A stretch of DNA of 64,000 nt from a virus. Positions within the stretch are counted from its first letter, which is position 1, and every line of letters begins with the position of its first letter. The translations under genes and the position numbers were made by a program. The stretch spans positions 1 through 64,000 of the IMG/VR virus record IMGVR_UViG_3300037851_000102, one strand, 5' to 3'. The notes below the pieces were generated by a model, which did not search any database, was not told the origin of the DNA, and saw nothing but the letters and a program-made list of their open reading frames with translations. Positions 38,650 to 48,984 of this stretch are shown here, in pieces.

Positions 38650-39084
38650 ATGAGCAGAGATTTAGTTTACGAAGTGAAGGGGCTCCTTCCAGAAAGCGTT
38701 GTTGTCTCGATCCAGAAAGATCTTCGGATATCTGAAGACCTTGATACTGAAGTTGATCGGGCGGCATCACACTATGGCTTTTATGCCGTGCTATCTGAAA
38801 AGGCAGAGACTCGCTATCAAAAGATGAAGTTCGCGTTTGAGCAATGGAAGGCTGAGATTGAATCTCGGCAGATCATGTTGCGAGCGCGTGAAAACAAAAA
38901 GGCGTTCACAGAGGCTCAAATGCGAGCCCACGTTCAATCACAACCAAAGTATCGAGCATATCAGGTGAGACTTATTCAGTACGATGAGCATCGTCGTATT
39001 TTGAAGATCATTGCCCGTGCGTTCGAGCTTAAAAAAGACCTCGTACAAACAAAAGCCGCGAATCGGCGGAAGGAGACACGATGA
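38650..39084 (+). CDS. UvsY-like recombination mediator (tentative)
   Basis: Helical protein with TEAQMRAHV...P.Y pattern, upstream of SSB and RecA. Confidence 0.5.
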   Translation: MSRDLVYEVKGLLPESVVVSIQKDLRISEDLDTEVDRAASHYGFYAVLSEKAETRYQKMKFAFEQWKAEIESRQIMLRARENKKAFTEAQMRAHVQSQPKYRAYQVRLIQYDEHRRILKIIARAFELKKDLVQTKAANRRKETR

Positions 39085-39917
39085 GCAAAGAAGTGGAGAA
39101 GGTAAAAAAGAAAGCGGTGGATGATGCCCATTCGCTGATTGACGAAGCTCGAAAGTGCTTTGGCAATATGCAGAGATCATGGTGGGAGTTCGCAAAGTCG
39201 ATCCATCGAATCAGAAAGGAAGATGCGTGGAGCAAGGATTCTCTTGGCAAAGAGGACGGCTTCGATTCTTTCAAAGACTTCTGCTCGGCTGAATACCCTT
39301 CTGTTGACGTGAACACTATTTACAAATTCTGCGCGGTTGTTGATGAGTGGCACGATGTTTTGGAATCGAGAATCAAAAAAGATCCAGAGTTCAGACTTCC
39401 AGCGTATGAGGCTTGTTATCGCCTTGTGACTGCGAAAACAGAGGTTGCAAAGGAAGAGATCTCTCGACTTCGCAAGTCTTTGATGGATGCAAAAATTAGC
39501 TATCGTGGCCTGAAAGATCAGCTTCAGACGTTGATCGTAAAAACGAAGCGCGATTCTGCAAAGACAGTGGAAGAGGCGGAAGAAACCGTTCGCCAGCTTG
39601 AAGAGGATCTCGCAAAGGATTTGAGCGACGACGAAATGAACTTTGATGATTCGTTGTTCGATTCTGAAGTGGAAGAGGATGCTGACGCTGAAGAGCCAGA
39701 CTTCGATGATGAAGAGCTTGAAGAAGATGCGGACTCATCTGCGGCATCTTGCAAGGCAAGAGTTGAATACTTGCTTGAGAATCTTCCCATCGTTGAGCTT
39801 TCAATGAAGAAGGGCAAGATCCACAACGATATCGTTGAACTAATGACTTCGCTCGAAAAACTCGGCGACGTTGCAAACAATTTCATGAACAAATTTGAAG
39901 AAATTAACAAAAAATAA
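39081..39917 (+). CDS. hypothetical protein with acidic linker
   Basis: 278 aa; GFDSFKDFC motif. Confidence 0.65.
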   Translation: MSKEVEKVKKKAVDDAHSLIDEARKCFGNMQRSWWEFAKSIHRIRKEDAWSKDSLGKEDGFDSFKDFCSAEYPSVDVNTIYKFCAVVDEWHDVLESRIKKDPEFRLPAYEACYRLVTAKTEVAKEEISRLRKSLMDAKISYRGLKDQLQTLIVKTKRDSAKTVEEAEETVRQLEEDLAKDLSDDEMNFDDSLFDSEVEEDADAEEPDFDDEELEEDADSSAASCKARVEYLLENLPIVELSMKKGKIHNDIVELMTSLEKLGDVANNFMNKFEEINKK

Positions 39918-39926
39918 GGAGACACA

Positions 39927-40880
39927 ATGAGTAAGCTAATTGAAAAAATGAAAAAAGAGGCCGAGCGTTTAAAGAAGAAAGAAGCCGAGCGCGGTGAGTA
40001 CGGCCCAAAGGTTGAATGGTATCAACCACAGGTCGGCGAACACATGATTCGTATTCTGCCAAATTTAAAAAACGACGAAGAACTTCCTTACAAACAGGTT
40101 CGAGTTCACTTCATCAATGTGAAAAAGAAAGATGGATCTTTCGCTAAAATTCCAGTTCGTTGTCTTGAGGATTTTGAAGAACAGTGTCCTCTTTGTCAGG
40201 AACATGAGAAGTTGAGAAAGACTGACAATGAAGCCGCCAAAGATCTTCGCGCAACAGAGAGATACATTTATATGATTATCGATTACGCGACGAAGACAGT
40301 TAAGCCTTGGCAGGCTGGAATCAGAGTTCATACAAGTATCGTTGAGTTCTTTGGAGACCTGGCAGACACGGCATTAAAGCGTGATTGGAAGCTGACAAAG
40401 AAGCAAAATGGCAAATCTAAAATGGCGATTGATTACACGATCCGTCCATCAATGAAAGAGACAGACATTCCTGCAAAACTTGAGGCTCTCGTTGAAGAAG
40501 CGGTGGACATCGACACGCTTTTCGCAACAAACGAAAAGAAGAAGATGCTTGAGTTCTTGGGTGCGGATGTGGACGAAGATACTGACGTGGATCACGACGA
40601 AGAAGATGATCGCGCAGCAAAAGCTAAAGCGGCAGCGGCAAAGGCCAAGGCAGCAAAAGCTAAAGCGGCAGCGGTTGAAGAAGACGAAGACGATGATCGT
40701 TCAGGTGGATTTGAAGACGAAGAAGATCACTTCCCTGAAGACAAGCCAGCAAAAAAGGCGGCAGCAAAGCCAGCGGCGAAGCCAGTAAAAAAGAAAGTCG
40801 AAGAAGAAGATGAAGATCTTGATATCGACGCTGAGGACGAAGATCTCGAAGAAGAGCTTCGATCACTTGGAGTTGAATGA
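39927..40880 (+). CDS. single-stranded DNA-binding protein (T4 gp32-like)
   Basis: IRILP...HF...C.....CPLC; very acidic tail; next to recA. Confidence 0.75.
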   Translation: MSKLIEKMKKEAERLKKKEAERGEYGPKVEWYQPQVGEHMIRILPNLKNDEELPYKQVRVHFINVKKKDGSFAKIPVRCLEDFEEQCPLCQEHEKLRKTDNEAAKDLRATERYIYMIIDYATKTVKPWQAGIRVHTSIVEFFGDLADTALKRDWKLTKKQNGKSKMAIDYTIRPSMKETDIPAKLEALVEEAVDIDTLFATNEKKKMLEFLGADVDEDTDVDHDEEDDRAAKAKAAAAKAKAAKAKAAAVEEDEDDDRSGGFEDEEDHFPEDKPAKKAAAKPAAKPVKKKVEEEDEDLDIDAEDEDLEEELRSLGVE

Positions 40881-41054
40881 TGCCAGAATTAGATAGAGTA
40901 AATTACAGTTTTGGTCACAAGGTAAATCTTGGGAATTATGAATCAGCCGACTTTCACATTAGCTATTCGAGCGATGTTAAGGAAGACGAAACGCCTGAAG
41001 AAGCACTTGAACGAGTTCGCAAATTCGTTGAAGGACAGGCAGAGGAGAAATTAG

Positions 41055-42065
41055 ATGAGCTTAGATCGGTCGCAAAAGCAGGAAGGTAAAAAGCGTTTTG
41101 GCAAGAAGGCTCCACCAAAAGTGGAGCCCGAAGTTATCGACGCTTCAGAGGATATTGATGATGGATTCTTTGATAGGTTTATCGAAACAGCGAAGGGCTC
41201 TGGAGACAAATCGTTCATCGTCCCAATCGACGAAAACGAGCCGTTATTGCAAGTGCAGCGTTATGTCCCGATGCCAACACCTATCGCCGAAGTTATCGGC
41301 GCACCTGGAATTCCGTGCGGCCTCATCACAGAGGTTTACGGACATCCAGATTCAGGGAAGACGACATTCTGTAACGAGATCCTCAAGAACACGCAAACAA
41401 TTGGCGGGATACCGATTCTGCTTTTGACGGAGCTAAAATACGATCTTCCACGCGCTCAGGATATGGGCTTAAACGTGAAGCGTATGATGATTCGTCGGCC
41501 AAAAACTATCGAAGATGTTCGCGCACAATTGCACGACATTATTACTCTGATCCAAAAAACAAAGGGTCAGGATAAGCCTGTGACAATCGTGTGGGACTCG
41601 ATGGCGGCTACACCTTGCGAGAAAGAGCTTAACGAAAAACGCGGTGACTTCGCAGCGGACAACGCTGCGGCGCTGACGGTTTTGTTGAGAAAGACTCAGG
41701 CAATGATCCGCGATTACAGCATCGCATTTGTGATGATTAACCAGATCAGCACGAAGATCGGCGTATCGTTTGGCAAGAAGACGCAGGCTAAAGGCGGATT
41801 CGCACCAAAGTTTTATTCTGCTTTGAGAATCGAATTTCAAAAAGTTGGAAGGCTTCGTGCAGCTACCGATGCAAAAGACTCTGATTTCAGTGCGATAAAA
41901 ACAGTGATGGAAGTTGAGAAAAATCATCTTGGAACTCCATTTAAAACTGGAGAGTTCGCGATTGATTATAAGGGGTTTGTCTTCGACAGACAGGTGGAGA
42001 GAAAAGGTGGAAGTAAGAAAGTACATTCAACAAAGAAAAGCCGAGATACTGAAGAGGGCGAATGA
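41055..42065 (+). CDS. recA: RecA/UvsX recombinase
   Basis: GIPCG.ITEVYGHPDSGKTT, IVWDSMAA, MINQ, GG.APKFYSALRI, KN. Confidence 0.9.
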   Translation: MSLDRSQKQEGKKRFGKKAPPKVEPEVIDASEDIDDGFFDRFIETAKGSGDKSFIVPIDENEPLLQVQRYVPMPTPIAEVIGAPGIPCGLITEVYGHPDSGKTTFCNEILKNTQTIGGIPILLLTELKYDLPRAQDMGLNVKRMMIRRPKTIEDVRAQLHDIITLIQKTKGQDKPVTIVWDSMAATPCEKELNEKRGDFAADNAAALTVLLRKTQAMIRDYSIAFVMINQISTKIGVSFGKKTQAKGGFAPKFYSALRIEFQKVGRLRAATDAKDSDFSAIKTVMEVEKNHLGTPFKTGEFAIDYKGFVFDRQVERKGGSKKVHSTKKSRDTEEGE

Positions 42066-42281
42066 TAACGCGGTTAAGCCTCTCATCACGGTCGGTTGGA
42101 CTTTTATCGAAGATCGGATCGCAGAGAGGTTTACTTCGATCACGCCAGAAGTGGCTCGCAAGGTTGAACTCCTTGAGGTTTTGCTCGCGTCCTTCATTGA
42201 ACACGGGCTCAATCTTGAGAAGTTAAACGAGATTGAAGAACAGATACAGGATTTAAGAAGAGTGACAGGGAGATCGGTGCA

Positions 42282-43316
42282 GTGAATTTTTTGATGTATT
42301 CAGATTTGCATTTAAGAGAAGAGCGCAAGGAAGATTGCGGTAAAGTTCTTGATAAGGTTTTGGATATCGCTTTGCGAATTCAGGATAAGATCAAGCAAGA
42401 GGTTGTTGTTTTGAACGGTGGAGACACATTCAACACTCGCGGCCTGATCCGAACTTCTTGCTTTGATCTTTTCTATTCTAAATGTCAATTGATGCACGAA
42501 AAAGGATTGAAGAAGATCATCCTTGTTGGCAATCACGATCAAGAGGACAAGGCTGGCGAGATCCACCCTATGCGAGTTTTCTCCAAGTGGAGCGGCTGGT
42601 ATGTGGTGGATAAGCCAATGGTGATTCCAGAATTCAAAAGAACAATCTTCTTCCCGTACATGAGTCCAACGCAAGTGAACGCATGGCTTGATACAGATGA
42701 GTCTGGAGCCAAGTTCAAGGACTATGATGCTTTTGTTCATTGGGGCATTCGTGGAGCGAAGAGAAACGATCACAACACAGACAATGATGGCGTTCCCGTA
42801 GAGTGGCTCGGTGGATTCAGAAATGTTTTTTCAGGCCACTATCATTACAGGAGCGTTTATAAAAACGTCCAGTACATCGGCTCGCCCATCCAACAAAACT
42901 TCGGAGAGATGGGTCAAGAGAAGGGCTTGATGTTCTATTCACAGAAGAGCGGTAAAAAGCAATTCATTGAGCTTAAAGGATTCCCGATCCATCGAGAGAT
43001 CGAATTGGATTCCGCACAACTTGATGACACAGAATTTAAGAATGACATGACCAACGACTTCCTTCGCGTCATTGTGAAGGGAGATGCGGAGTCATGCGCA
43101 AGAGTCACGCAGGGCTGGATCTCTGAAAAGATCAACGCTCGCGATATCAAAATAGAAAGAAAGGTAAGCGAGAAGCATTATTCTCGTTTGAATTTGAAAT
43201 CGACAGATGTTCTTAACCAAGAGCAGATCATGTCGAAGTATGTGGACTTCATCGAAACGAAACTTGATCGCAAGCGTTTGATGGATGTCGGCAGAGAGCT
43301 TGCGGGGTTATCATGA
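42282..43316 (+). CDS. Mre11/SbcD-like metallophosphoesterase nuclease
   Basis: SDLH, GGDTF, GNHD, SGHYH, YIGSP.Q..FGE. Confidence 0.88.
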   Translation: MNFLMYSDLHLREERKEDCGKVLDKVLDIALRIQDKIKQEVVVLNGGDTFNTRGLIRTSCFDLFYSKCQLMHEKGLKKIILVGNHDQEDKAGEIHPMRVFSKWSGWYVVDKPMVIPEFKRTIFFPYMSPTQVNAWLDTDESGAKFKDYDAFVHWGIRGAKRNDHNTDNDGVPVEWLGGFRNVFSGHYHYRSVYKNVQYIGSPIQQNFGEMGQEKGLMFYSQKSGKKQFIELKGFPIHREIELDSAQLDDTEFKNDMTNDFLRVIVKGDAESCARVTQGWISEKINARDIKIERKVSEKHYSRLNLKSTDVLNQEQIMSKYVDFIETKLDRKRLMDVGRELAGLS

Positions 43317-43687
43317 GCTATACAGTAAAATCAGTTGGCGCAGCTTCCTTCAAAACTATCGATTTGCAGTGCCCGAAATGTCAGTACGAAGAAGAGCGTT
43401 CAATCGACCTAAGAGGTTGTGACACCGACGAAGAGCGAGAGCAAAGAATGAGCGCCGAACTCAAGTGCCCTAATTGTGAAGAGGCAGAGATGGAGCGCGT
43501 TTGGCGACACGCACCTTCAGTCGGCACAAAGTCTGGTTCAGATGAATATGTCGCTAAGATGAAGAAATCGTTCAAAGAGCGATTCATCAAAAAAGAATTA
43601 GACCAGGTTCGCCACAAGCACGGAAGGCTTTACGACGATGCGGTGAGATCCGCAGCGGCCACTCGAATCAAGAAGGGTGAGGCATGA
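43313..43687 (+). CDS. FmdB-like zinc-ribbon protein
   Basis: CPKC...CPNC..MERVW..AP. Confidence 0.6.
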   Translation: MSYTVKSVGAASFKTIDLQCPKCQYEEERSIDLRGCDTDEEREQRMSAELKCPNCEEAEMERVWRHAPSVGTKSGSDEYVAKMKKSFKERFIKKELDQVRHKHGRLYDDAVRSAAATRIKKGEA

Positions 43688-44000
43688 TGGCGTGGCTTCA
43701 TAAGAAGATTCAAGAACAGATGGCCGACAATTCTCAGGTCGTGCCTGAATGTAAATGGTCAGAGCGTGATCGCGCATTCTATATCAATTCGGTCGCAGGG
43801 CTCATCAAATACAAGCCCAAGGACGTGAAGGATTTAAACAGGTTTAGAGACAGATGGGTGAACTTGTTTGAGCAGTACAGATCCACTGCGCTCAATAACA
43901 AAGATCTTGAAAGCATGATGTTTGGGTTCACCAACATGATTCGCAAAGAAGAGCGCGTGAAGTACACGGCGAATATAAGAACAAGACTAAAGGGGACAGC

Positions 44001-45767
44001 GTGGACTTTAAGAGTTTAAAGCTCAGAAATTTTATGTCGTATCAGTCACAGGACTTTGATGATCTCTCAGATCCAGAGTTGACACTGATCGAAGGGCCGA
44101 ATGGTTCAGGCAAGTCTTCCATTTGGGATGGAATATCGTGGATACTATTTGGACAGACAGTTCGCGGAGTCAAGAACGACGACGTGATAAATAGAAAGTT
44201 CAAAAAGGATTGCGAAGTTGAATTATCAATACAGCTCAGAGGCGATGAACTCAGAATCAAGCGTTACCGCAAGCATTCTCGTTTTGGTGATCGTCTTTTC
44301 TTTACATATCGTGGAGCTACAACAGAACTCGGCACACTCGCGGATACTCAAAAATCGCTTCTTGAGCTTCTACAAATCGATTTTGAATTATTCCGTTGTT
44401 CAATTTTGTTTGCTCAAGGAGAGACTTTCAATTTTGTCAACGCTGGTAACAAGGCTCAAAAAGAAATTCTATCGAAAGTGATGAGAGTTGATTACTCGAA
44501 TGGTCTCGATGAAGCCAAGAGAATAATCAAGAAGTTCGACAACGAAGCCGCAGAGAATGAGCGCAAGCTCGCAGTATTGAATTCGCACCTTGAAGCGCAA
44601 GTCGATTGGGAATCTGAAATCAAAGAGTTTGAAGATGCGAGACAGGCAGCCATTGATTCGATACAAGAAGACATCGACGCAATCACTTCTGAAATAAAAA
44701 CTGCAAGCGCAAAATTGAAATCATCGACTGAAGACTCAGACTCACAGATGAAGGACTTGAACTTCGCCAAAGAAAAGCTCGAAAAATCCGCAGAGTCCAT
44801 CAAGAACAAATACTTCCAGATACGCTCAAAGGTTGAGGCGCTGAAAGACCAAAACAAAGAGCTTAAAGATCTTTCAGGTGAATGCCCTACTTGTTATCAA
44901 GATATCGACGAAGAGCAGAAGGCCGACATGATTGCGGCCAACGACAAAGAGATCCAGAAGTTGAGCGACGAATTGAAAAGCGTCACCGAATTAGAAAAGA
45001 TCGCGCTCGAAAAAAGAAAAGAGAACTCAGAAAAGATCGAAGCTCTGCGCAACAGATTGGCGGCCAACAAAGCCGTGGTTGAAAAGATCCGTGGACTGAA
45101 TGCTCGCAAGAAAGACTACGAAGCTCGGCTGAAAGAGAAGCAGGATGAAGAGAATCCCGCACTCGCTCGCAAAGAGAAAGATGAAGAGCGCAAGAAGGAG
45201 ATCGCGGCCAAGATCAAGCAGATCGAGAAGAAGCAGATCGAGATCCAGAATCTTCAGCCTTACTACGATTTTTGGGTCAACGCATTTGGTGATTCAGGCA
45301 TCAAGTCTTTCATCTTTGATTTGATATGTTCCAGCCTTACAAATAAGTCGAACAAATATCTCAACATTCTTACAGATGGGGCGATCACAATCTCGTTCGA
45401 CACACAGAAGAAGCTGAAGACTGGAGAGCTTCGAGAGAAGTTTGATTGCGAGATACTAAAGGACGGGGAGCGCGTCGAATACGAATCATATTCAGGCGGA
45501 GAGAAGCGCAGGATATCGCTCGCAGTGGACATGGCATTGAGTGAGATCATGTCAGAGTATTACGGCCAGAAGTTTAGCATGGTCGTGTTCGATGAGCAGA
45601 CAGGTTACATGGACGAAGGCGGAAGAGTTGGATTCATGAATTTGCTGCGTGAAATCGCCAGAGAGAAGCGCGTGTTCGTGGTGGATCATGATGCTGAGTT
45701 CAAGGCGATGTTTGATATGGTTTGGACAGTTCAAAAGAAATCAGGAATTTCAAGGGTTATAGCATGA
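44001..45767 (+). CDS. Rad50/SbcC-like ATPase
   Basis: GPNGSGKSS, zinc hook CPTC, YSGGEKRR, VFDE, VDH. Confidence 0.92.
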   Translation: MDFKSLKLRNFMSYQSQDFDDLSDPELTLIEGPNGSGKSSIWDGISWILFGQTVRGVKNDDVINRKFKKDCEVELSIQLRGDELRIKRYRKHSRFGDRLFFTYRGATTELGTLADTQKSLLELLQIDFELFRCSILFAQGETFNFVNAGNKAQKEILSKVMRVDYSNGLDEAKRIIKKFDNEAAENERKLAVLNSHLEAQVDWESEIKEFEDARQAAIDSIQEDIDAITSEIKTASAKLKSSTEDSDSQMKDLNFAKEKLEKSAESIKNKYFQIRSKVEALKDQNKELKDLSGECPTCYQDIDEEQKADMIAANDKEIQKLSDELKSVTELEKIALEKRKENSEKIEALRNRLAANKAVVEKIRGLNARKKDYEARLKEKQDEENPALARKEKDEERKKEIAAKIKQIEKKQIEIQNLQPYYDFWVNAFGDSGIKSFIFDLICSSLTNKSNKYLNILTDGAITISFDTQKKLKTGELREKFDCEILKDGERVEYESYSGGEKRRISLAVDMALSEIMSEYYGQKFSMVVFDEQTGYMDEGGRVGFMNLLREIAREKRVFVVDHDAEFKAMFDMVWTVQKKSGISRVIA

Positions 45768-46003
45768 GTTTAAGAGGGACATACATTGAAAAGTGTAAAC
45801 ACATTTTAAATTGGGCAGATGAGCATCCAGAGTTCGACGAAGGATTTATTAAGAGCGTTCTTTCGCAGATGGAGCATGGCAATCGTGAGCCCACAGATAA
45901 ACAGGCAAACGCAATCGACAACATTATTGGGCGATTCAAGATTGATCTTCCAGATCCAGAGATGGATGCGCGAAGATTTGAAATGGATTTGGAAGAGTTA
46001 TGA
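45764..46003 (+). CDS. small protein with C-terminal tag variant (FEMDLEEL)
   Basis: Coupled start (ATGA overlap). Confidence 0.6.
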   Translation: MSLRGTYIEKCKHILNWADEHPEFDEGFIKSVLSQMEHGNREPTDKQANAIDNIIGRFKIDLPDPEMDARRFEMDLEEL

Positions 46004-46307
46004 GTGTCATCGAAGATTTAAAAACAGTGGAGAACAGGGTTAAAGTTATTCTCATCAAATATCCAGAGACTCGAAACAACGATAAGAAATTGTGGCTCGC
46101 ATACAATCTTTTGCACAACGATTTAAAGCCAGTTGTTAAGACGGGAGATTGGGAGACGTTCAGGGTTTGGATTATGAGCAAAAAGACACCAATGTTTGAA
46201 TCATTGAGTCGCGCTCGCAGAAAGATCCAAGAAGATCATCCAGTCCTGGCTGGAGCAAAGAAGAAGCGTTTGAAGATCGCTGAAGAAGTGAAAGAGTGGT
46301 CGCGCAC

Positions 46308-46796
46308 ATGAGAGAAACTAATTTCAACACCGAAGTTATGAACAGCCTGAAGAAGTTTGGAGCGTGGGCGTACAAGATCGCAGACTCACCGACATCATGG
46401 ACTATGGCGGCCACAAGGTTCACGCCAGAAAAGCCGTGCGATATTATTGCTTGTTACGATGGGAAGTTTCTCGCAATTGAAGGCAAGCAGATTAAGAAGT
46501 TCAAGGCGTTCGGCATGAGCGACATGAGACCAGCACAGATCAAAAACTTAACTGAAGTGATAGAGAGAGGCGGCAGGGCATTCATCTTTCTGAATGTCAG
46601 GATACCAGCAATCAAGGGTAAGCAGAAGCGTGAGAACCGTCTTCTGATTTTTGATTGGGCAATGTGGAAGGATCGCTTAGAGCGCGAATCGATCAAAAAG
46701 GGGGAGCTTGAGATCTCTCCATACTACTCGACGATCAAGATCGGGGACGACAGGTATTATGATCTCAGAGTTTTTATAAAGAAGTTGAGGGAATAG
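46308..46796 (+). CDS. Holliday junction resolvase (RecU/Hjc-like PD-(D/E)xK nuclease)
   Basis: E..F, KPCDIIACYDGKFLAIEGK, Q...L. Confidence 0.75.
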   Translation: MRETNFNTEVMNSLKKFGAWAYKIADSPTSWTMAATRFTPEKPCDIIACYDGKFLAIEGKQIKKFKAFGMSDMRPAQIKNLTEVIERGGRAFIFLNVRIPAIKGKQKRENRLLIFDWAMWKDRLERESIKKGELEISPYYSTIKIGDDRYYDLRVFIKKLRE

Positions 46797-47315
46797 ATGA
46801 GTGACCAATTGCGAGATCAGCTTAATAACCTGACCAGCGGCATAGCAACTTCGATGGATATGAGCGAAATGCTTTCGTATTCAATTTGGGGAGCGGCGGT
46901 CACGACAACAAGAGCCTTTGAGAAAGTGACTCTCAGGGTGGACACCAACAGCAACAGGATATTCGTATCAGTTAAGCTGCGTTGGTGGGCGACGTTTGAA
47001 AAGTTTAAGAGGCTTCAGGATGCGTGGCTTTCACGGTGCGAGGATCGCGTGAAGGAGCATATTCCTGAAGGTTGGAAGGTTTTGGTTTATTACGAAAGGA
47101 GCAAGAAATGAAAGAGCAAATTCAGGCGATTGCAGAAGCAGTGGCGGCCTCAGAGGGCACACTCGATGTGAAATCAACGATCACAATGATGCTTGATGTG
47201 ATGGCGCTTCAAGCATCAAAGATTGAGGATCTTGAAAAAGGCCAACAAAGGATGCGAGAAGCGTTCTCAACAATCTCAAGTGGCGGCAAGATTCCAACAC
47301 AAATGGGTGGTAGCA

Positions 47316-47711
47316 ATGGCGGCTTCAGCATCGGGTAGGTTCGTTAGAAACGAAGAGTCCAAGAGAGTTTTCAAGAAGTGGATGAACCTAATCGACAATG
47401 GGGAGAAATACTACTTTGCCAAAGCTGCGGATCTCTTCAGTGATCTTCCAGCGCGTCATCAATCAGCATTCATAAAATACTTTGCTGATAAGGTGAACGT
47501 GAAGTTTTGGCTGGACAATTGGCACGATAGTACGCAGTATCGTGATGTATTACGTTCGATTCTGTTTTATTATTCTGGTCGCGAAAAAGCGAAAGATCCG
47601 AATAAGAAAGAGTTCAGAAATGAGCTTATGGAATTCATGAGGAGTGATGAGTTCAAATCTGGCGTAAAACATGAGGCAAAAGAATTTAAAGAAGGATTGG
47701 AAAGCTTATGA
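47316..47711 (+). CDS. hypothetical protein with C-terminal tag (FKEGLESL)
   Basis: Terminal motif; coupled to the next gene. Confidence 0.6.
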   Translation: MAASASGRFVRNEESKRVFKKWMNLIDNGEKYYFAKAADLFSDLPARHQSAFIKYFADKVNVKFWLDNWHDSTQYRDVLRSILFYYSGREKAKDPNKKEFRNELMEFMRSDEFKSGVKHEAKEFKEGLESL

Positions 47712-48712
47712 ACACAGAAGTACAACAACAGAAAGCGCCAGTGGCGAAAACTGCATATCAGATGGAGAAGGACATGAAGCACACTCACTATCTTGAATGC
47801 AAAAAAGAAATCGAAAAACTCAAGGCAAAGACCGATTCGCAACACCGATTGCTTCAATCGATCCACGTTTTGATGAAGAACTATCTTGCCAAGCAAGAGG
47901 CAATCTCAGATGCGCTAATCGGCGCTGGAGTGATCTCTGAACAAGATCTCAACGCGAAGATCGATGCAAATTTGGGTCTTCGAGAGTTGTTTGGTGATGA
48001 TGAAATCAAGATTGGTGACGTTGTTTGGGTGAAGTACACGGCAACAGTATCAGGAAGTGATCGCAAGTTTGAAGATGGCAATCTTCCCGTTCGAGTTGGC
48101 GCAAACGCAGTTGTGTTTGAACCAGCACTTGTCGGCAAGAAGGTCGGCATGAAGGGCGTTCATTTTACTGCAACACTAAAATCAGGCGAGTTCGCAGGCC
48201 AAGATATGATCTTTGATATCGAAATCTTGAAGGCAAAAACAAAACTCGCGCTCGCGACAGAAGGAGTTACGAATGGAGAACAATCAGGAGAACAACAGCA
48301 ATCTGGATCTCAAGGGGGAGACGAATCTTCTTCTCACGCTGAAGGACAAGGACACGGAGAATCAGGTGCAAGTGGACATAGCACTGTTTCAGAAGCAGGA
48401 CTCAGTGTCGTTGGTGAAGGAAGCAACGGAAGCGGTGAAAACGGCGCTGATCCGAATGGGGTTGGTGCAGGAGAGCGAAGTGAAGCTGGAGACACAGGTT
48501 CACACGATAGCGTACAGAGTGAACAATTAAACGAAGGAGCAGATATGAACGGCGAAGAGAAAAAACCAGAGCAGCAAGAACAAGATCTTACACACCACAA
48601 GACAGAAACCACAGATGTTCTTGTGAAAGCTGAACGTCCCGCTGAGGATTTTATGAGCCAACACGACTTGGACAAAGAGACTCACGGTAAAAAAGAAGAA
48701 GAAAAACAATAG
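47708..48712 (+). CDS. protein with trigger-factor-like FKBP domain
   Basis: GDVVWVKYTAT..G..FEDG...VG....FEPALVGKKVG...AGQ...FDIEILK. Confidence 0.7.
   Translation: MNTEVQQQKAPVAKTAYQMEKDMKHTHYLECKKEIEKLKAKTDSQHRLLQSIHVLMKNYLAKQEAISDALIGAGVISEQDLNAKIDANLGLRELFGDDEIKIGDVVWVKYTATVSGSDRKFEDGNLPVRVGANAVVFEPALVGKKVGMKGVHFTATLKSGEFAGQDMIFDIEILKAKTKLALATEGVTNGEQSGEQQQSGSQGGDESSSHAEGQGHGESGASGHSTVSEAGLSVVGEGSNGSGENGADPNGVGAGERSEAGDTGSHDSVQSEQLNEGADMNGEEKKPEQQEQDLTHHKTETTDVLVKAERPAEDFMSQHDLDKETHGKKEEEKQ
48273..48530 (+). CDS. nested ORF overlapping the FKBP-like gene
   Basis: Own GAAGGAG RBS; globular-looking sequence while the host frame reads as low-complexity G/S/E. Confidence 0.55.
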   Translation: MENNQENNSNLDLKGETNLLLTLKDKDTENQVQVDIALFQKQDSVSLVKEATEAVKTALIRMGLVQESEVKLETQVHTIAYRVNN

Positions 48713-48984
48713 TTTACAAACTGAGACGTAGAAGTTGATATGAAGAAGGTTGTCTATAAGTCAGATTTAAAGGGAGTTGAGGCTCGCGCAAAGGCGGCCA
48801 AAAACTCTCTCATCGTGATGGGAAGATCCAAAAAGAAATTGTGGGTCAAGAACTTGGAACTCGAAGGAGTGGAACTCAAGTTCGATCCCGAAACCGAAAT
48901 GGTCACGATGAGCTTCCCTTTGCGGCAGGGTGAATTCCTTGCAATCCAAGACGAGCAGGCAATGGCTGAACAGAAGGAGCTTGG

